From assembly GCF_963921235.1 (NCBI RefSeq), contig NC_086098.1, positions 310,001 to 374,000 of the forward strand: DNA of 64,000 bases. Direction: 5' to 3'. Both the position numbers and the translations under genes were made by a program. The notes below the pieces were generated by a model. It was not told the origin of the DNA, did no database searches, and was given only the letters and a program-made list of their open reading frames with translations. How positions within the stretch are numbered: the first letter of the stretch is position 1; the number at the start of each line of letters is the position of its first letter. The stretch is from Mobula hypostoma. Its lineage: Eukaryota. Shown piece by piece: positions 11,801 through 23,826 of the stretch.

Positions 11801-13966
11801 TACCTCTATCAAATCTCCCCTCATTCTTCTACGCTCCAGGGAATATAGTCCTAAACTATTCAACCTTTCTCTGTAACTGAGTTTCTCAAGTCCCGGCAAC
11901 ATCCCTATAAACCTTCTCTGCACTCTTTCAACCTTATTTATATCCTTCCTGTAATTTGGTGACCAAATCTGAACACAATACTCCAGATTCGGCCTCACCA
12001 ATGCCTTATACAACCTCATCATAACATTCCAGCTCTTATACTCCATACTTTGATTAATAAAAGCCAATGTACCAAAAGATCTCTTTACGACCCTATCCAC
12101 CTGTGACGCCATTTTTAGGGAATTTTGTATCTGTATTCCCAGATCCCTCTGTTCCACTGCACTCTTCAGTGCCTTACCATTAACCCTGTATGTTCTACCT
12201 TGGTTTGTCCTTCCAACATGCAATACCTCACACTTGTCTGTATTAAACTGCATCTGCCATTTTTCAGCCCATTTTTCCAGCTGGTCCAAGTCCCTCTGCA
12301 GGCTCTGAAAACCTTCCTCACTGTCTACTACACCTCCAATCTTTGTATCATCAGCAAATTCGCTGATCCAATTTACCACATTATCATCCAGATCATTGAT
12401 ATAGATGACAAATAAGAATGGACCCAGCACTGATCCCTGTGGCACACCACTAGTCATAGGCCTCCACTCAGAGAAGCAATTCTCTACTACCAGTCTTTGG
12501 CTTCTTCCATTGAGCCAATATCTAATCCAATTTACCACCTCTCCATGTACACCTAGCGACTGAATTTTCCTAACTACCCTCCCATGCGGGACCTTGTTAA
12601 AGGCCTTACTGAAATCCATGCAGACAATATCCACTGCCTTCCCTTCATCCACTTTCCTAGTAACCTCCTCGAAAAACTGCAATAGATTGGTCAAACATGA
12701 CCTACCACTCACAAAGCCATGTTGACTCTCCCTAATAAGTCCCTGTCTATCCAAATGCTTGTAGATTCTGTCTCTTAATACTCCCTCCAATAACTTACCT
12801 ACTACCGACGTTAAACTCACCGGCCTATAATTTCCCGGATTACTTTTCGATCCTTTTTTAAACAACGGAACAACATGAGCCACTATCCAATCCTCTGGCA
12901 CCTCACCCGTAGACAGCAACATTTTAAATATTTCTGCCAGGGCCCTCGCAATTTCAACACTAGTCTCCTTCAAGGTCCGAGGGAACACCCTGTCAGATCC
13001 CGGGGATTTATCCACTTTAATTTTCCTCAAGACAGCAAGCACCTCTTCCTTTTCAATCTGTACATTTTCCATGATCTCACTACTTGATTCCCTTAATTCC
13101 GTAGACTTCATGGCAGTTTCCTTAGTAAATACAGATGCAAAAAACCTATTTAAGATCTCCCCGATTTCCTTTGGTTCCGCACATAGCTGACCACTCTGAT
13201 CTTCAAGAGGTCCAATTTTATCCCTTATAAACCTTTTGCTCTTAATGTACCTGTAAAAGCTCTTTGGATTATCCTTCACTTTGACTGCCAAGGCAACCTC
13301 ATGTCTTCTTTTAGCCCTCCTGATTTCTTTCTTAAGTATTTTCTTGCACTTCTTATACTCCTCAAGCACCTGATTTACTCCCTGTTTCCTATACATTTCA
13401 TACAACTCCCTCTTCTTCTTTATCAGAGTTGCAATATCCCTGGAGAACCAAGGTTCCTTATTCCTATTCACTTTGACTTTAATCCTGACAGGAACATACA
13501 AACTCTGCACTCTCAAAATTTCTCCTTTGAAGGCTTCCCACCTACCAATCACATCTTTGCCAGAGAACAACCTGTCCCAATCCACGCTTTTTAGATCCTT
13601 TCTCATTTCTTCAAATTTGGCCTTCTTCCAGTTCAGAACCTCAACCCTAGGACCAGACCTATCCTTGTCCATGACCACTTGGGTACTCTCTGTTACCTGA
13701 CACTTACCCTTCCCCCTCCTAACCATGACCCACTTGTCTGCCTCCTGTGGCCCCAGTGTGACTACCTGCCTGTAACTCCTCTCTATCACCTCCTCACTCT
13801 CCCTGACCAGACGAAGGTCATCGAGCTGCAGCTCCAGTTCCCTCACGCAGTCCCTTAGGAGCTGCATCTTGGCGCACCTGGCGCAGATGTGGATGTCCGG
13901 GAGGCTTGGAGACTCCAGGGCCTCCCACATCCGGCACCGAGAACAACATGCTGCCCTCACACTCAT
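11741..13966 (-). CDS. Chimeric open frame: CR1 ORF1 Zn-finger/coiled-coil fused in frame to the RT of another CR1, ending in LTR sequence
   Basis: MSVRAACCSRC..CARC..LELQLDDL..STQVV|MDKDRSG..DFSKAF..GVPQGS..FADD..IEV|CTGSFF. The frame is open; expression is unknown. Confidence 0.5.
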   Translation of the reverse strand: MSVRAACCSRCRMWEALESPSLPDIHICARCAKMQLLRDCVRELELQLDDLRLVRESEEVIERSYRQVVTLGPQEADKWVMVRRGKGKCQVTESTQVVMDKDRSGPRVEVLNWKKAKFEEMRKDLKSVDWDRLFSGKDVIGRWEAFKGEILRVQSLYVPVRIKVKVNRNKEPWFSRDIATLIKKKRELYEMYRKQGVNQVLEEYKKCKKILKKEIRRAKRRHEVALAVKVKDNPKSFYRYIKSKRFIRDKIGPLEDQSGQLCAEPKEIGEILNRFFASVFTKETAMKSTELRESSSEIMENVQIEKEEVLAVLRKIKVDKSPGSDRVFPRTLKETSVEIARALAEIFKMLLSTGEVPEDWIVAHVVPLFKKGSKSNPGNYRPVSLTSVVGKLLEGVLRDRIYKHLDRQGLIRESQHGFVSGRSCLTNLLQFFEEVTRKVDEGKAVDIVCMDFSKAFNKVPHGRVVRKIQSLGVHGEVVNWIRYWLNGRSQRLVVENCFSEWRPMTSGVPQGSVLGPFLFVIYINDLDDNVVNWISEFADDTKIGGVVDSEEGFQSLQRDLDQLEKWAEKWQMQFNTDKCEVLHVGRTNQGRTYRVNGKALKSAVEQRDLGIQIQNSLKMASQVDRVVKRSFGTLAFINQSMEYKSWNVMMRLYKALVRPNLEYCVQIWSPNYRKDINKVERVQRRFIGMLPGLEKLSYRERLNSLGLYSLERRRMRGDLIEVCTGSFFLLNLKWLLCYVKC

Positions 13967-14126
13967 ACTTCCCCCTCTCTTCAAATAACAACAAAGAAGA
14001 ACACCAAACCTTCCTTGCCTCGCCTGTTTCTGCCTAAGCCCGTTGAGCCGAAGCCCTTAAGCTTTAACTCTGCTCCCGGCTCACTCCGCAGCCCACAAAT
14101 TACTCTGCCCACTGTATGAGGCTCTG

Positions 14127-14441
14127 TTCCTTTTAAATCTTCAGTGCTTCACTGGCCAACGTCACACGCCTGCGCAGTCCCGCCTCCCTGAATGCCGATG
14201 TAAAAAAACCAAAAAATTCTAAAATGGCTTCCTCCACACTCCTGCTCCTATTCTCAGATTTCCTTCTCCGAATTAAACCCGAAGCAGGATTTCTGTCCTT
14301 TTAAATCTTCTGCGCCTCACTGCCCAACGTCACTCGCCTGCGCAGTCCCGCCTCTCTGAACGCCAATGGAAAAAACCCGAAAAATTCAAAAATGGCTTCC
14401 TCCGCACTCCCGTTCCGATTCTCAGTCTTCCTTCTCCGAAT
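14127..14441 (-). promoter_or_regulatory. Tandem ~168-bp 5'UTR monomers of CR1 B1 (putative internal promoter)
   Basis: ttttaaatcttc occurs at 14131 and 14299. Each unit carries cgtca, gcctgcgca and aaaatggcttcc motifs. A single unit is present at 42505-42649. Confidence 0.6.
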
Positions 14442-14782
14442 GTCTTTCTTAAGATTCTTTTTACATTCTTTATATTCCTCGAGCACCTCATTTACTCCAT
14501 GCTGCCTATATTTATTGTAGTTATCTCTCTTTTTTCTGAACCAAGTTTCCAATATCCCTTGAAAACCATGGCTCTCTCAAACTTTTAACCTTTCCTTTCA
14601 ACCTAACAGGAACATAAAGATTCTGTATCCTCAAAATTTCACCTTTAAATGACCTCCATTTCTCTATTTCATTCTTCCCATGAAACAAAATGCCCAATCC
14701 ACTCCTTCTAAATCCTTTTGCATCTCTCAAAGTTAGCCTTTCTCCAATCAAAAATCTCAACCCTGGGTCCAGACTTATCCTT

Positions 14783-16370
14783 AACCATAGAACCATAGAA
14801 ACTACAGCACAGAAACAGGCCTTTTGGCCCTTCTTGGCTGTGCCGAACCATTTTCTGCGTAGTCCGACTGACCTGCACATGGACCATATCCCTCCATACA
14901 CCTCCCATCCATGTATCTGTCCAACTTATTCTTAAATGTTAAAAAAGAACCCGCATTTACCACCTCGTCTGGCAGCTCATTCCATACTCTCACCACTCTC
15001 TGTGTGAAGAAGCCCTCCCTAATGTTCCCTTTAAACTTTTCCCCCCTCACCCTTAACCCATGTCCTCTGGTTTTTTTCTCCCTTTGCCTCAGTGGAAAAA
15101 GCCTGCTTGCATTCACTCTACCTATACCCATCATAATTTTATATACCTCTATCAAATCTCCCCTCATTCTTCTACGCTCCGGGGAATAAAGTCCTAACCT
15201 ATTCAACCTTTCTCTGTAACTGAGTTTCTCAAGTCCCGGCAACATCCTTGTAAACCTTCTCTGCACTCTTTCAACCTTATTTATATCCTTCCTGTAATTT
15301 GGTGACCAAAACTGAACACAATACTCCGGATTCGGCCTTACCAATGCCTTATACAACCTCATCATAACATTCCAGCTCTTGTACTCAATACTTCGATTAA
15401 TAAGGGCCAATGTACCAAAAGCTCTTTTTACGACCCTATCTACCTGTGACGACACTTTTAGGGTATTTTGTATCTGTATTCCCAGATCCCTCTGTTCCAC
15501 TGCACTCCTCAGTGCCTTACCATTAACCCTGTATGTTCTACGTTGGTTTGTCCTTCCAACATGCAATACCTCACACTTGTCAGTATTAAACTCCATCTGC
15601 CATTTTTCAGCCCATTTTTCCAGCTGGTCCAAGTCCCTCTGCAGGCTCTGAAAACCTTCCTCGCTGTCTACTACACCTCCAATCTTTGTATCATCAGCAA
15701 ATTTGCTGATCCAATTTACCACATTATCATCCAGATCATTGATATAGATGACAAATAACAATGGACCCAGCACTGATCCCTGTGGCACACCACTAGTCAC
15801 AGGCCTCCACTTAGAGTAGCAATTCTCTACCACCACTCTCTGGCTTCTTCCATCGAGCCAATGTCTAATCCAATCCTTCATCCACTTTCCTGGTAATCTC
15901 CTCGAAAAACTCCAACAGATTGGTCAAACATGACCTGCCACGCACAAAGCCATGTTGACTCTCCCTAATAAGTCCCTGTCTATCCAAATGCTTGTAGATT
16001 CTGTCTCTTAGTACTCCCTCCAATAACTTACCTACGACTGACGTTAAACTCACTGGCCTATAATTTCCCGGATTACTTTTCGATCCTTTTTTAAACAACG
16101 GAACAACATGAGCCACTCTCCAATCCTCCGGCACTTCACCCGTAGACAGTGACATTTTAAATATTTCTGCCAGAGCCCCCGCAATTTCAACACTAGTCTC
16201 CTTCAAGGTCCGAGGGAACACCCTGTCAGGTCCCGGGGATTTATCCACTTTAATTTTCCTCAAGACAGCAAGCACCTCCTCCTTTTCAATCTGTACAGTT
16301 TCCATGGTCTCACTACTTGATTCCCTCAATTCCATAGATTTCATGCCAGCTTCCTTAGTAAATGCAGACG
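14783..16370 (-). mobile_element. 5'-truncated CR1 lineage C copy (C2) inserted in D1
   Basis: TSD cctt (14779-14782 / 16371-16374). RT ORF at 14802-15881. Internal deletion of about 110 bp near 15873. Confidence 0.9.
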
Positions 16371-16575
16371 CCTTCTCCATAATTATATTGAAACTAATAG
16401 CATTGTGATCACTGGACCTGAAGTGCTCCCCAACACAAATCTCCGTCACCTGACCTATCTCATTCCCTAACAGGAGATCCAACACTGCCTCTTCTCCAGT
16501 TGGTACCTCTATGTATTGCTGCAAAAAACTATCCTGCACACATTTTGCAAACTCCAAACCATCCAGCCCTTTTAC

Positions 16576-17150
16576 ACACAAACACAAGGAATTCTACGGA
16601 TGCTGGAAATTCAAACAACACACATCAAAGTTGCTGGTGAATGCAGCAGGCCAGGCAGCATCTCTAGGAAGAGATTTGAAAGTGGGAGAGGGAGGGGGAG
16701 ATGGAAAATGATAGGAGAAGACAGGAGGGGGACGGATGGAGCCAAGAGCTGGACAGGTGATTGGCAAAGAGGATATGAAAGGATCATGGGACAGGAGGCC
16801 AGGGGAGAAAGACAAGGGGGGAGGGGGAACCCAGAGGATGGGCAAGGGGTATAGTCAGAGGGACAGAGGGAGAAAAAGGAGAGAGAGAGAGAAAGAATGT
16901 GTGTATATAAATAAATAACGGATGGGGTTCGAGGGGGAAGTGGGGCATTAGCGGAAGTTTGACAAGTCAGTGTTCATGCCGTCAGGTTGGAGGCTACCCA
17001 GACGGAATATAAGGTGCTGTTCCTCCAACCTGAGTGTGGCTTCATCTTTACAGTAGAGGAGGCCGTGGATAGACATATCAGAATGGGAATGTGATGTGGA
17101 TTTAAAATGTCTGGCCACTGGGAGATCCTGCTTTCTCTGGCGGACAGAGC
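16576..17150 (-). mobile_element. Penelope-like element 3' fragment (end of GIY-YIG domain + pLTR), hammerhead segment deleted
   Basis: Collinear with 54972-55580, but with internal deletions. Confidence 0.85.
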
Positions 17151-17666
17151 ACCCAGCTACCTGTCTCCTGATCCTTTGGGGTGACTATCTCCCTGTAACT
17201 CCTGTCTATTTTTGCCCCTGCCTCCCGAATGATCTGAAGTTCATCCGGCTCCAGCTCCAGTCCCCTAACTCGGTTTGTCAGGATCTGCAGCTGGATGCAC
17301 CTTTCGCAGGTGTAGTCATCAGGGACGATTGTGCTTGCCCTGACTTCCCACATACTGCAAATGGAGCAGTCAGCTGCCCTAACTGCTGCCTCCATTACCT
17401 ACTCTTAAGGTAATTAGATTTATTAAAGGAACTTACCCAACCTTACCTCATTTGGAGTGAAGCTCTTCCTCAGCCTTTACTCACCGAAGCCTCAGGAGCC
17501 AAAGCCTTCCTACTCCATCTCCCTCTACTCTGTTGCCCGCTACAACGTCGCCCGCTCTGTTAATCTGCTCTCTTTTAAACACTCCCGCTGCCTCACGGTC
17601 CAACTTACACGCACTTGTGCAGTCGTGCTTTGTTCAACTGCCGAAAAAATGTCTATGGAAAAGTGT

Positions 17667-18306
17667 GTTGAGGAGGAGAAGATGGCGGCGTGACGCAGCG
17701 TGTGTGGCCGTTACGAATGAATATCAATATGTGTAACTGGAGGGCCATGCATCAATCTGGATTTGATGGGGACAGCCGCGAGAAAGCGCAGAGGAACATC
17801 TGGTGAAACTTCTGAAATGCCTGCTTCGCTGCTGCTGCTACTGTGCGATTGAGAATCTCTGGAGACAAAGGCCCCAAATCCTCGGCTTTGCATATTGCCT
17901 GTTGTCAGGGCCGGGGTTGAAGTGCTCGACAGAGATGGTGCTCGGTGTCGAATAGGTGGTCGGAGGCTCGGAGTTTTTTGGACGGACTCGGAGTTGGACT
18001 GTGGTTGGATGCTTCCGGGATGCTGCACCGGCAAGTTGGCGGTGCTGGAGGTTTACCGTCTGCGTGAGATGATGGGACTCTCGAGTGACTCTGAGACTTT
18101 TACTGTGCCGTGGTCTGTTCTTATCAAATTACGGTATTGCTTTGCACTGTTGTAACTGTATGTTATAATTGTGTGGCTTTTGTTATTTTTTAAGTTGGTC
18201 TGTCATGTGTTTTCGTGATATCATTCTGGAAAAACATTTTTATCGTTTCTTAATTGCATGCATTACTAAATGACAATAAAAGGGGACTGCGTGTCCTCAT
18301 AATCAT
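17667..18306 (+). mobile_element. Non-coding ~640-bp retroposon-like insertion (SINE-like or LINE-derived non-autonomous element)
   Basis: It interrupts the pLTR remnant. The CpG-rich 5' end has AAGATGGCGGCG, the 3' end is AT-rich with AATAAA at 18275, and it has a short cataatcat tail. Confidence 0.55.
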
Positions 18307-19910
18307 AAACAGTCAATGTTTTGGGCCAAGATTCTTTGTCAGGTCTGGAAAAAAATTATAGAAACATAGAACACATTTGATAAGGTGCCACACAAGATAA
18401 AATACTGTGGTGTGGAGAAACAGGAGGCAATGAGTGGGAATAAAAGGGGTGTTTTCTGGTTGGCGGCCTATGACAAGTAGTGTTCCTCAGGGGTCAATAT
18501 TGGGACCTCTACCTTACATATTGGAAACATAGAAAACCTGTAGGTCCTTTGGCCCACAATGCTGTGCTGAACATGGAATTATTTTAGAAATTACCTAGGG
18601 TTACCCATAACCCTCAATTTTTCTAAAACTCCATGTACCTATCCAGGAGTCGCTTAAAAGACACTATTGTATTTGCCTCCACCACCGTCGCCGGCAGCCC
18701 ATTCCATGCACTCACCACCCTCTGCATAAAAAACTTGCCCCTGACATATTCTCTGTACCTACTTCAAAGCACCGTAAAACTGTGCCCTCTCGTGCTAGCC
18801 ATTTCAGCCCCGGGAAAAAGCCTCTGACGATCCATATGATCAATACCTCTCATCATCTTATACACCTCCATCAGGTCACCTCTCATCCTTCATTGCTCCA
18901 AGGAGAAAAGGCCAAGTTCACTCAACCTGTTCTCATAAGGCATGCTCCCCAATCCAGGCAACATCCTTGTAAATCTCCTTTGCACCCTTTCTATAGTTTC
19001 CACATCCTTCCTGTAGTGAGGTGACCAGAACTGAGCACAGTACTCCAAGTGGGATCTGACCAGGCTCCTGTAAAGCTGTAACTTTACCTCTCAGCTCTTA
19101 AACCCAATCCCATGGTTGCTGAGTGTCAATACACTGAATTCCTTCTTAACCACACAGTCAACCTGAGCAGCTTTGAGTATCTTATGGACTCTGACCTCAA
19201 GATCCTACTGATCCTCCACATTGCCAAGAGTCGTACCATTAACACTATATTCTGCCATCATATTTGACCTCCCAAAATAAACCACCCCACTCTTATCTGG
19301 GTTGAACTCCATCTGTCACTTCTCAACCCAGTTTTGCATCCTATCAATGTTCTGCTGTAACCTCTGATAGCCCTCCACACTATCCACAACACCCTCAACC
19401 TTTGTGTCATCAGCAAAGTTACTAACCATCCCACCACTTCCTCATCCAGGTCATTTCTAAGAATCACAAAGAATGGGGTCCCAGAACAGTTCCCTGAAGC
19501 ACACCACTGGTCATCGACCTCCATGCAGATTATAACCCATCTACAGCCATTCTTTGCCTTCTGTGGGCAAGCCAATTCTGGATCCACAAAGCAATATCCC
19601 CTTAGATCCCATGCCTCCTTACTTTCTCAATAAGCCTTGCATGGGGTACCTTATCAAATGCCTTGCTGAAATCCATATTCACTACATCTATTGCTCTACC
19701 TTCATCGATGTGTTTAGTCACATCCTCAAAAAATTCAGTCAGGTTCATAAGGCATAACCTGCCTTTGACAAAGCCATGCTGACTATTCCTAATCATATTA
19801 TACCTCTCCAAATGTTCATAAATCCTGCCTCTCGGGATCTTCTCCATCAACTTACCAACCACTAAGTAATTTCCTGCACTATCTCTACTCCTTTTCTTGA
19901 ATAAGGGAAC

Positions 19911-22900
19911 AAGCAGATGAATGCATGGCTGAGAGACTGGTGTAGGGGGCAGGGCTTCAGATTCTTGGATAATTGGGATCTCTTCTGGGGGAAGTATGAC
20001 CTGTTCAAAAAGGACAAGTTACGCCTGAACCCGAAGGGGACCAATATCCTGGCGGGAAAGTTTAATAGAGCTGTTAGGGAGGGTTTAAACTAATTTGGCA
20101 GGGGGATGGGAACTGGAATGACAGAGCGGAGGAAGGGGAAAACGGAAATAAATCTAAGATAGTGAGCAGTAAAGATGTCAGGAAAGACAGGCAGGTGATG
20201 GGGCAAATTTGTAGCCATTGGGTTGAGTTGCAGTGCAATAAGGTTGCAGTGAAATCAAAGCGAAAAGTATCAAATACTGGTCTTAAAGTGTTGTACTTAA
20301 ATGCACGCAGCATAAGGAATAAGATGGATGATCTTGTCGTACAGCTACAGATTGGCAGGTATGATATTGTGGCCATCACAGAGACCTGGCTAAAGGATGC
20401 ATGTCTCTGGGAGCTGAACGTCCAAGGATACACGGTGTATCGGAAGGATAGGAAGGTAGGCAGAGGGGGAGGCATGGCTTTATTCGTAAGAAATGATATT
20501 AAATCATTAGCTGGAGGTGATATAGGATTGGAAAATGCAGAATCTTTATGGGTTGAGCTAAGAAATAGCAGGGGTAAAAGGACCCTGATGGCAGTTATTT
20601 GTAGTCCTCCAAACAGCTGCAGTGATGTGGACTACAAATTACAACTGGAAATAGAAAAGGCTTGTCAGAAGGGCAGTGTTATGATAATTGTGGGGGATTT
20701 CAATATGTGAGTGGATTGGGAAAATCAGGTCGGCACTGGATCTCGAGAGAGAAAATTAGTCGAATGTCTGCAAGATGGCTTTTTGGAACAGCTTGTTGTT
20801 GAGCCCACTAGGGGATCGGCTGTACTGGATGGGTATTGTGCAATGAACCCGAGGTGATTAGAGAGATTGAGGTGAAGGAACCCTTAGGAGGCAGTGATCA
20901 TAACATGATTTAGTTCACTGTGAAATTTGAAAAAGAGAAGCCGAAATCTGATGTGTCGGTATTTCAGTGGAGTAAAGGAAATTACAGCGGCATGAGAGAG
21001 GAACTGGCCAAAGTTGACTGGAAAGGGACACTGGCGGGAAAGACAGCAGAGCAGCAGTGGCTGGAGTTTATGCAAGAAATGAGGAAGGTGCAAGACAGGT
21101 ATATTCCAAAAAAGAAGAAATTTTCGAGTGGAAAAAGGATGCATCCGTGGTTGACAAGAGAAGTCAAAGCCAAAGCCAAAGTTAAAGTAAAGGAGTGGGC
21201 ATACAAGGAACCAAAAATTAGTGGGAAGAGAGAGGATTGGGAAGCTTTTAAAACCTTATAAAAGGAAACCAAGAAGGTCATTAAGAGGGAAAAGATTAAT
21301 TATGAAAGGAAGCTTGCAAGTAATATCAAAGAGGATACTAAAAGCTTTTTCAAGTATATAAAGAGTAAAAGACAGGTGAGAGTAGATATAGGATTGATAG
21401 AAAATGATGCTGGAGAAATTGTAATGGGAGATAAGGAGATGGCAGAGGAACTGAACGAGTATTTTGCATCAGTCTTCACTGAGGAAGACATCAGCAGTAT
21501 ACCGGACACTCAAGGGTGGCAGGGAAGAGAAGTGTGCGCAGTCACAATTACGAAAGAGAAAGTTCTCAGGAAGCTGAATAGTCTAAAGGTAGATAAATCT
21601 CCTGGATCAGATGGAATGCACCCGTGTGTTCTGAAGGAAGTAGCTGTGGAGATTGCGGAGGCATTCGCGATGATCTTTCAAAAGTCAATAGATTCTGGCA
21701 TGGTTCCGGAGGACTGGAAGATTGCAAATTTCACTCCGCTATTTAAGAAGGGGGAAAGGAAGCAAAAAGGAAATTATAGACCTGTTAGCCTGACATCGGT
21801 GGTTGGGAAGTTGTTGGAGTCGATTGTCAAGGATGAGGTTACAGAGTACCTAGAGGCGTATGACAAGATAGGCAGAACTCAGCATGGATTCCTTAAAGGA
21901 AAATCCTGCCTGACAAACCTATTACAATTTTTTGAGGAAATTACCAGTAGGCTAGACAAGGGAGATGCAGTGGATGTTGTATATTTGGATTTTCAGAAGG
22001 CCTTTGACAAGGTGGCACACATGAGGCTACTTAACAAGATAAGAGCCCATGGAATTACGGGAAAGTTACATAATTGGATACAGCGTTGGCTGATTGGCAG
22101 GAAACAGAGAGTGGGAATAAAGGGATCCTATTCTGGTTGGCTGCCGGTTACCAGTGGTGTTCCACAGGGGTCCGTGTTGGGGCCACTTCTTTTTACATCG
22201 TACATCAACGATTTGGATTATGGAATAGATGGCTTTGTGGCTAAGTTTGCTGACGATACGAAGATAGGTGGAGGGACCGGTAGTGCTGAGGAAATGGAGA
22301 ATCTGCAGAGAAACTTGGAGAGATTGGAAAAATGGGCAGAGAAATGGCAAATGAAATATAATGTTGGAAAGTGTATGGTTATGCACTTTGGCAGAAAAAA
22401 TAAACAGGCAGACTATTATTTAAATGGGGAAAGAATTGAAAGTTCGGAGAAGCAACGGGACTTGGGAGTCCTCATACAGGATACCCTTAAAATTAACCTC
22501 CAGGTTGAGTCAGTAGTGATGAAGGTGAATGCAATGTTGGCATTCATTTCTAGAGGAATAGAGTATAGGAGCAGGGTTGTGATGTTGAGGGTCTATAAGG
22601 CGCTGGTGAGACCTCACTTGGAGTACTGTGGGCAGTTTTGGTCTCCTTATTTAAGAAAGGATGTGCTGATGTTGGAGAGGGTACAGAGAAGATTCACTAG
22701 AATGATTCCGGGAATGAGAGGGTTAACATATGAGGAACGTTTGTCTGCTCTTGGACTGTATTCCTTGGAGTTTAGAAGAATGAGGGGAGACTTCATAGAA
22801 ACATTTCGAATGTTGAAAGGCATGGACAGAGTGGATGTTGCAAAGTTGTTTCCCATGATGGGGGAGTCTAGTACGAGAGGGCATGACTTAAGGATTGAAG

Positions 22901-23176
22901 GGCGCCCATTCAGAACAGAAATGCGAAGAAAGTTTTTTAGTCAGAGGGTGGTGAATCTATGGAATTTGTTGCCACGGGCAGCAGTGGAGGCCAAGTCATT
23001 GGGTGTATTTAAGGCAGAGATTGATAGGTATCTGAGTAGCCAGGGCATCAAAGGTTATGGTGAGAAGGCAGGGGAGTAGGACTAAATGGGAGAATGGATC
23101 AGCTCATGATAAAATGGCGGAGCAGACTCAATGGGCCAAATGGCCGACTTCTGCTCCTTTGTCTTATGGTCTTATA
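19911..23176 (+). mobile_element. CR1 lineage F copy (F1): ORF1 end, ORF2, 3' tail
   Basis: Motifs LYLNARSIRNK, AITETW, VGDFN; tail tcttatggtcttat. The host ggaacaa...gcaaccctccaatcc rejoins. Confidence 0.9.
21376..23079 (+). pseudogene. CR1 ORF2 reverse transcriptase domain (567-aa open segment; upstream EN part disrupted)
   Basis: Motifs [24 protein letters not shown] and FADD. Confidence 0.88.
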
Positions 23177-23826
23177 TGCAACCCTCCAATCCTCCGGAAC
23201 CTCTCCCGTCCTCATTGATGATGCAAAGATCATTGCCAGAGGCTCAGCAATCTCCTTCCTCACCTCCCACAGTAGCCTCGGGTACATCTTGTCTAGTTCC
23301 GGTGATTTATCCAACTTGATGCTTTCCAAAGGCTCCAGCACATCCTCTTTCTTAATGTCTATATAATCAAGCTTTTCAATCCACTGTAATTCATCCCTAC
23401 AATTGCCAAGATCCTTTTCCGTAGTGAATAAAGTATTCATGAAGTACCTGTGCTATCTCCTCCCGTTCCATACACACTTTTCCACTGTCACACCTATTCT
23501 GTCACGTCTTATCCTCTTGCTCGTCATACTTTTAGAATGCCGGGGTTTTCCTTAATCCTGCTCGCCAAGGCCTTTTCATGGCACTTTCTGGCTCTCCTGA
23601 TTTCATTCTTAAGCTCCTTCCTGTTAGCCTTATAATCTTCTAGATATCTATCATTACCTAGTTTATGAACCTCTTCTAAGTTTTTCTTTTCTTCATGACT
23701 AGATTTTCAACAGCTTTTGTACACCACAGTTCCTGTACCCTACCATCCTTTCCCTGTCTCATATGCAAATATCCCCTGAACATATGCCAAGTTTCTTCCA
23801 TACATTTCCCTGAGAACATCTGTTAC

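Larger units (their letters stand above)
10669..13673 (-). mobile_element. 5'-truncated CR1 lineage C copy (C1) inserted in ORF1 of B1
   Basis: Tail tagaaccacagaaac at 10669. The host ggcacagcca...cttgggtactctc rejoins (compare 42058-42082). Confidence 0.88.
4594..14441 (-). mobile_element. Full-length-type CR1 lineage B, copy B1 (5'UTR, ORF1, ORF2, tail), interrupted by B2, C1 and a solo LTR
   Basis: Tail at 4594-4620; RT ORFs at 4674-6950; APE endonuclease at 9400-10158; ORF1 at 10164-10668 and 13674-13966; 5'UTR to 14441. Confidence 0.88.
2297..17650 (-). mobile_element. CR1 lineage D, copy D1 (outer element of a 15-kb nest; own sequence ~2297-2447, 3346-4593, 14443-14782, 16371-16575, probably 17151-17650)
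   Basis: The pieces are collinear with copy D2 (36696-39120): tttctaattt|ctttcttaag rejoins across 4594-14442, and tatcctt|ctccat across 14783-16374. An ORF1 N-terminus (CSICSMW...CERC) lies at 17151-17395. Confidence 0.8.
2257..18356 (-). mobile_element. Old Penelope pLTR-derived mini-element split into three pieces (2257-2296, ~17650-17666, 18307-18356)
   Basis: Joined, the pieces read caaaatgctggaggaactcagcaggccaggcaac / gtctatggaaaagtgt / aaacagtcaatgttttgggccaagattctttgtcagg. This is collinear with the pLTRs at 25586-25718 and 54972-55085. Confidence 0.7.

Noticed and set aside
15865..16587. In-frame D1/C2 fusion ORF
   Set aside because: It is short, lacks a credible start and has no complete domain.
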